Below are positions 59,405 through 64,000 of a stretch of DNA of 64,000 bases, in pieces. The notes beneath the pieces were generated by a model, which saw only the letters and a program-made list of their open reading frames with translations, ran no database searches and was not told the origin of the DNA. Origin of the DNA: an uncultured Verrucomicrobiota bacterium (lineage in GTDB: Bacteria; Verrucomicrobiota; Verrucomicrobiia; Limisphaerales; UBA8199); assembly GCA_903873945.1 (NCBI GenBank), contig CAIQQM010000246.1, positions 8,940 through 72,939 on the forward strand, read 5' to 3'. The position numbers and the translations under genes are program-made. The stretch's first letter is position 1, and each line of letters opens with the position of its first letter.

Positions 59405-59690
59405 GTGTCTGGAAATTACTTTATAACCTCGTTGGTTTGGCCTTTCCTGCCGTGCGCGATGCCAGGGTTGTTGTGGGCTTCGGCGTAAATCCGGTTTCAA
59501 GCGGATGGCTTCCTGGTACTCGGTGATCGCCCCCTCGATTTGGCCGTTGTTGAAGAGGGAGAAGCATGGGCTGAGGTGCGCAATGTAATTGTTATCCGTG
59601 ACTTCGAGCGCATGCCGGAAAAGGGTTTCACTGTCCTTCCAACGCCCGAGCTGTTGCTGGTCAAGGTGAGGGATAGGACGATGGCCCCTG
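59405..59690 (-). pseudogene. frameshifted fragment duplicating part of the neighbouring TPR gene
   Basis: Nucleotide-level resemblance to 60340-60690. Compare GTGCGCAATGTAATTGTTATCCGTGACTTCGAGCGCATGCCGGAAAAGGGTTTCAC with GTGCGCGATGTGATTGTTATCCGTGACTTCGAGCGCATGTCGAAAAAGAGTTTCGC. Reverse translation gives FRHALEVTDNNYIAH..EYQEAIRLKPD, then an extra T breaks the frame. Confidence 0.6.
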
Positions 59691-59748
59691 TATTACGCCC
59701 GTTTTGTAGCTGGAAGAAAGCTGCGTTGACAAGCTTGACCCCGCTGCC

Positions 59749-61977
59749 TCAATGACCGGACAAATCGGCGAGCTTCTTCTGAATCTGCGGGTTCGGCTCG
59801 ACTGACAGCGATTTGCGCCACGCCTCGGCAGCCCGGTCCCGCTGGTTGAGCGCCGCATAAACGTCGCCAAGGTGATCGTAGTGACCCGCGTCGGGCCTGC
59901 TGGAATTTTCGCTGGCCCGGAGCAGATAATCCAGCGCCTCGCGCGGACGGTTCAGTTTGAACAGCACCCAGCCCAGGCTGTCCAGGAACACCGCGTTCTT
60001 CGGTTCGAGTTTAACGGCCTTTTCGATCATCGCGCGGGCCTGTTCGAGGTTCTCGCCGCGTTCAGCCCACAGGTAGCCGAGGTTGTTGTAGGCTTCGGCG
60101 TTATCGGGTTTCAGGCGGATCGCTTCCTGAAATTGGCCAATGGCCTCGTCGATTTGGTCTTTATTACCGAGGGCGACGCCGAGGTTGTTGTGGGCTTCGA
60201 CGTAATCCGGCTTGAGGCGGATGGCTTCCTGATATTGGCGGACCGCCTCGTCAATTTGGCCTTTGTTGAAGAGGGCGTTGCCCAGGTTGTTGTGGACGTC
60301 GGCGTCATCGGGTTTGAGGCGGATGGTTTCCCGGTATTGGCTAATCGCCTCGTCAATTTGGCCTTTCCTGCCAAACGCGAGGCCGAGGTTGTAGTGGGCC
60401 TCGGCGTCATCGGGCGTGAGGCGGATGACTTCCTTGTACTGACTGATCGCCTGGTCGATTTGGCCTTTCATACCGAGGGCGGCACCAAGGTTATAGTGGG
60501 CCTTGGCGAAATCCGGTTTGAGGCGGATGGCTTCCTGGTATTCGCTGATTGCCCGGTCGACTTGCCCTTTCGTGCCGAGGGCGATGCCAAGGTTTAAGTG
60601 CGCGATGTGATTGTTATCCGTGACTTCGAGCGCATGTCGAAAAAGAGTTTCGCCATCCTGCCAATAACCAATCTGTTGGCGTGTCAACGCCAGGCACAAC
60701 CCGATGGCTGCTGAACCCGCCACCAACAACGCAACCATATGGAGCCGCCAGCGCCGGGTCAGTTCGTGCGCGCCCCAAACTACGAGGATTAACACCCCCA
60801 GCGATGGAATATAGGTATACCGATCCGCCATCGCCTGTCCGCCCACTTGCACCAGTCCGATCACGGGCACGAGCGTCCCGCAAAACCAGAGCCAACCCAT
60901 CAGCAAAAATGGATGGCGCCGCCGCATTACAATAAGCAACGCCGAAATCCCTGCCAGCAACCCGCCCGCCAGCAGCACTTTCGCCACCGGCCAATACCCG
61001 GGGTGCGGATAGAAAACGGCTAGATCCGTCGGCCAGAAGGTTTTCCCGAGATAGCAGCAGCAGGAAATGAGGGCGTTCGCGCCGCGCGCGCTCAGCGGCA
61101 GGTTTTCACCCGCCGCAAAAGCGCCTCCATGCTGTTGCGCCACGAAGGTCATCACGCTCGCCGCCGCCGAGAGGGCAAAGAATGGCAGCTTTTCCCAGAG
61201 CAACCATTTCCAATTGCCTTGCCTCGACACCCGCCACCCGCCACTCGTCACCCTCTGGAGGGGCCAGTAATCAAGCAGCAACATGACGAACGGCCACGTC
61301 ACCAGCATCGCCTTGCTCATCAGGCCGCAGATGAAGAAGGCGAGGGAGAGGGAATAGTTGATGGCTGAGGAAGATTGAACGTCCAACATCGAACTGACGG
61401 CTGGCGATCCGTGATCCGCGCCCCGCGAGCGCCGCTGCGCATAACGGGCGTAAAAGAGCAGCGCGAGAAGGCCAAAGCACGCGCTCAACACATCCTTGCG
61501 CTCCGCCACCCAGGCGACGGATTCGACGTGCAGGGGGTGAACGGCGAACAAGGCAGCCGCCAACAGGCTCCGCCACGTCGCGCCAGTCAACTGTTGGAGC
61601 AACGCGAAAACCAGCACCGCGTTGAGGGCGTGAAACAACACGCTGGTCAGATGATGGCCCCGGGGGTTCAGCCCGAAAAGTTGGCAGTCCAACATGTGGG
61701 ACAACACCGTTAAAGGATGCCAATTGGCTTCCACAGGGCTTAAGAAGGCCCATTTGATACTCTCCAGGGTCAGCCCGGCTTGGACATGATTATTCGAAGT
61801 GACGTAGCCACCGTCATCATAGTTAAGGAAGGCACATTGCATCGCCGGCCAGTAAAGGGCAATCGTCACCAGCACCAGCAATCCCGCAACCAGCCACACC
61901 GGGAAACGCGACCACGTCCTGTTGGTGGCAGATGCTATCGCCAGTGCGGGTTCGGATTTCATCGCTGGGCCTTCCAT
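59749..61977 (-). CDS. polytopic membrane protein (PMT/ArnT-like glycosyltransferase-type N-domain) with C-terminal TPR array
   Basis: About 10-12 hydrophobic segments in the N-terminal ~440 aa (YDDGGYVTSNNHVQ near the first loop), then 7-8 TPR units (AEAHYNLGLAFGRKGQIDEAISQYRETIRLKPDD etc.). Confidence 0.6.
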   Translation of the reverse strand: MEGPAMKSEPALAIASATNRTWSRFPVWLVAGLLVLVTIALYWPAMQCAFLNYDDGGYVTSNNHVQAGLTLESIKWAFLSPVEANWHPLTVLSHMLDCQLFGLNPRGHHLTSVLFHALNAVLVFALLQQLTGATWRSLLAAALFAVHPLHVESVAWVAERKDVLSACFGLLALLFYARYAQRRSRGADHGSPAVSSMLDVQSSSAINYSLSLAFFICGLMSKAMLVTWPFVMLLLDYWPLQRVTSGGWRVSRQGNWKWLLWEKLPFFALSAAASVMTFVAQQHGGAFAAGENLPLSARGANALISCCCYLGKTFWPTDLAVFYPHPGYWPVAKVLLAGGLLAGISALLIVMRRRHPFLLMGWLWFCGTLVPVIGLVQVGGQAMADRYTYIPSLGVLILVVWGAHELTRRWRLHMVALLVAGSAAIGLCLALTRQQIGYWQDGETLFRHALEVTDNNHIAHLNLGIALGTKGQVDRAISEYQEAIRLKPDFAKAHYNLGAALGMKGQIDQAISQYKEVIRLTPDDAEAHYNLGLAFGRKGQIDEAISQYRETIRLKPDDADVHNNLGNALFNKGQIDEAVRQYQEAIRLKPDYVEAHNNLGVALGNKDQIDEAIGQFQEAIRLKPDNAEAYNNLGYLWAERGENLEQARAMIEKAVKLEPKNAVFLDSLGWVLFKLNRPREALDYLLRASENSSRPDAGHYDHLGDVYAALNQRDRAAEAWRKSLSVEPNPQIQKKLADLSGH
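60079..60588. repeat. five tandem 102-bp repeats (coding TPR units)
   Basis: Unit starts at 60079, 60181, 60283, 60385 and 60487 (GAGGTTGTTGT.. / CAGGTTGTTGT.. / AAGGTTATAGT..). Each ends ..TTTGGCCTTT...GCC. The period is exactly 102 nt, or 34 codons. Confidence 0.85.
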
Positions 61978-61995
61978 ATCGAACCCGGGGATGCC

Positions 61996-63228
61996 TCAGG
62001 CTTTTGCGGCTGCGCGTGCCGTGCAGGCCGAACAAACCGCGGCGAACACCTGGTCAACGGAAATTTGCTGCATGCAAAGGTTGTCCTGGCAGGGGGATTG
62101 GCGGTTGTTGTAGGCGTTGACGCACGGGCTGCACACGAGGCCCGCCCACAATGCCGTGTTCCGCCGATTCCGCGCCGCATAGAGCGCCGGTGTTTCCGGC
62201 CCAAACAACGCCACAACCCGGATCGGCGTCAGCGAAGCAAAGTGCGCCGGGCCGCTATCGTTGGTCACGAGCACATCCGCGAGGGTATATAGCGCCATCA
62301 ACTGGGGGAGGGTGGTTTTGCCGGCCAGGGAGAAGCAGCGCGGGGAGCCGACCGCTCGCGTCATCTCTTCGATGGCGTCCGCTTCGGCAGCCATGCCGGT
62401 GAAAGCGACGTGGGCTTCGGGAAATCGTTCAAGCAAACGGCCCGCCAGTTCCAGGTAGCGCGGGTTGGGCCACCTGCGCAACGGAACGAGGTCGCTGGCG
62501 TTCGGATTCAGAAGAATGAACGGCGCGCGGGCGGTTGTTCCCGAGAGTTCGCGCAGGAGAGTTTGCATCGCGGCGCGGTCGTGAGGGCTGGGCGAAAACT
62601 CCGGAAGCCGCTCATCCGGGACCGGCGGCTGGCTGCCGAATGCGGGCAATGTCCCCGGCTTTTGGGTCAGGGCCTCGACCAGGGCTTGAAAGGTCTGGGC
62701 TGTGTGCAGATAAGGATTGTAAAGGAGCCGGTGAGTCATCAGGTCCCCGCGGTAGGGGCCCTCGCCAAAAAATGTGTGAAAACCAACCCGCGTGCGCGCC
62801 CCGCTCAGGAAGGTGATGGCGGCGGAACCGCGCGAGAAGAATTCCATGTCAATCGCGCCGTCGAGTTTGAGCTTTCGCATGCGCGCGACCGCCTGCACGG
62901 CTGTTCGGCACATGGAAAAGAAACTCGCGAAGGAGAGGGTGATGACATTCGCCTCAGGCACCAGGCCCAGCGCATCCAAAATGAAGCGGTTTTCCTCAAA
63001 GACGATGAAATAGACGTTCTCGCGGCCGGCCATTTCGACGGCCCGCCGGATCGCCGGGTAGGCCAGCACGGTTGAGCCTTGCTCAGCCAGCTTCACGAAG
63101 AGAATCCGGCGCAGCGATGGCGGCGATGGGTGCTGCCGTCGCCCGAACCAGCGGCGGAACCTCGTGAGACAGAAACAAAGCGGGATTCCCAGGCGGCGGT
63201 CGATTCGCTGGAGAGTCGCGACGTTCAT
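61996..63228 (-). CDS. glycosyltransferase family 9 (heptosyltransferase-like)
   Basis: The track start at 63273 is TTG; ATG at 63228 chosen. Strings: ILFVKLAEQGSTVLAYPAI, FILLNPNASD..RRWP, FTGMAAEAD, VTNDSGPAHFASL. Confidence 0.75.
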   Translation of the reverse strand: MNVATLQRIDRRLGIPLCFCLTRFRRWFGRRQHPSPPSLRRILFVKLAEQGSTVLAYPAIRRAVEMAGRENVYFIVFEENRFILDALGLVPEANVITLSFASFFSMCRTAVQAVARMRKLKLDGAIDMEFFSRGSAAITFLSGARTRVGFHTFFGEGPYRGDLMTHRLLYNPYLHTAQTFQALVEALTQKPGTLPAFGSQPPVPDERLPEFSPSPHDRAAMQTLLRELSGTTARAPFILLNPNASDLVPLRRWPNPRYLELAGRLLERFPEAHVAFTGMAAEADAIEEMTRAVGSPRCFSLAGKTTLPQLMALYTLADVLVTNDSGPAHFASLTPIRVVALFGPETPALYAARNRRNTALWAGLVCSPCVNAYNNRQSPCQDNLCMQQISVDQVFAAVCSACTARAAAKA

Positions 63229-63440
63229 GAGCAGCGGGAAATTGTGCGGTGACGTTTCATCGGCGGCCAACAAAAAACTCGGCTTGAAGAATGTGCGACC
63301 GGGCGGAAGGTTTCAATCACTTTCACCACCCCAGGCCATTTCCCGATTAAAACCGGAACAAATTCCCATCCCATATACGTAGCCGTGGACGTCAGTCCGC
63401 GTCGATCTCCCTTCCTGTTTCCGGCCGGAAACCCGACTTC

Positions 63441-63563
63441 AATCCGTGGATTTTCCCCTTGCTTATTAGGTCTTTGCGTTAAATTCCTGCTCCGAAAATC
63501 CGTGTTTAATCCGTGGCAAAATTTCCGTTCCCCTTTTCTGTGAAATCTGTGCCATCTGTGGCT
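63441..63563. repeat. second cluster of AATC(C/T)GTG..GGC(A/T) short repeats
   Basis: AATCCGTGGA (63441-63450), AATCCGTGTTTAATCCGTGGCA (63497-63518), AATCTGTGCCATCTGTGGCT (63544-63563). Confidence 0.6.
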
Positions 63564-63772
63564 AAAATTCTTCTCCCTGCCTGAAATCCCGTTTCCGCCG
63601 CTCCCGATCACCCGTTCTTGTCATGCCAATAAACCTGTCGCCAGCGACTGGTAAATATTTTTTGTATTTACTTCTTGCGCTTGAATTCGGGCGGCGCTAT
63701 TTTCGCGGCAATTGACGAAATTGAAAAAGTTTTAACAGGCATCAAATCAAAACACGTTACCCAGTTCGTTAT

Positions 63773-64000
63773 ATGTCTCCCTCAAAAATGAAAGAGCTGT
63801 TCCGTCGCAAGGCATCCCGCGCATTCACACTCATCGAATTGTTGGTGGTCATAGCCATCATCGCCATTCTGGCGGCTCTGTTGCTGCCGGCCCTGGCCAA
63901 GGCCAAGGCCAAAGCTCAGGCGATCACCTGCCTCAACAACATGAAACAATGGGGCCTGGGCGGCAAACTCTATGCCGATGACAGCAACGACCAGGTGCCG
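63773..64000 (+). CDS. prepilin-type N-terminal cleavage/methylation domain protein (partial, runs off window)
   Basis: [61 protein letters not shown]. This is the class of abundant PVC pseudopilin-like proteins. Confidence 0.85.
   Translation, partial: MSPSKMKELFRRKASRAFTLIELLVVIAIIAILAALLLPALAKAKAKAQAITCLNNMKQWGLGGKLYADDSNDQVP

Noticed and set aside
60079-60588. Regular ~100-bp periodicity that could be mistaken for a CRISPR-like or satellite array.
   Set aside because: The whole 102-nt unit is repeated with no unique spacers, it lies inside a continuous ORF, and each unit encodes one 34-aa TPR.

Overview
High-GC window with PVC-superphylum hallmarks: a prepilin-type [24 protein letters not shown] protein at the right edge, ECF sigma genes paired with membrane Ser/Thr kinases, and giant secreted multidomain proteins. 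I cannot place it more precisely without a database search. No rRNA, intact tRNA or CRISPR array was seen. The supplied ORF track opens some ORFs at TTG/GTG (16228 TTG, 14002 GTG, 39386 GTG, 63273 TTG). Where a signal peptide, RBS or homology supported it, I moved the start to an in-frame ATG. Layout: (i) 0-38 kb is an accessory secretome region, mostly on the minus strand. It holds four tandem arylsulfotransferase (ASST)-like propeller paralogs (one fused to an FGE-sulfatase-like domain), an SMP-30-like protein, a PEBP fusion protein, an orphan receiver, a MacAB-type efflux operon, three secreted metallophosphoesterases and an EF-hand/beta-helix/MBL giant. Embedded in it are two diverged copies of an ECF sigma + transmembrane Ser/Thr kinase module. 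A bipartite motif GT(A/C)G(A/G)A-N16-CGTTT(T)AAC precedes both sigma genes and four outward-facing transcription units (a weaker variant precedes a fifth), so the region reads as one self-contained ECF/STK regulon. Seven secreted proteins end in the same ~70-aa module terminating in (F/Y)YR(V/L/I/F). (ii) 38-40 kb is a decay zone with an integrase-like fragment, a frameshifted NmrA-like gene and a tRNA-Arg(TCT) 3' portion lacking a D arm. (iii) 40-54 kb is housekeeping: DHPS-like, EgtD-like methyltransferase, PAS histidine kinase, recG, gdhA, AmpG-like MFS, ileS. (iv) 54263-59321 is a 5059-bp, visibly AT-richer insertion bounded by perfect 18-bp inverted repeats and an 8-bp direct duplication. 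It carries an IS1-family-like transposase plus cargo: a dUTPase/dCTP-deaminase-fold protein with a transmembrane tail, a P63C phage-type protein, a tRNA-Ala-like element and an unknown two-gene pair. (v) 59.4-64 kb holds a TPR/membrane glycosyltransferase-like gene with 102-bp tandem repeats, a GT9 heptosyltransferase-like gene and a pilin-like gene. The two best candidates for something undescribed are the ECF/STK regulon with its tagged secretome and the cargo of the IS1-ended transposon.
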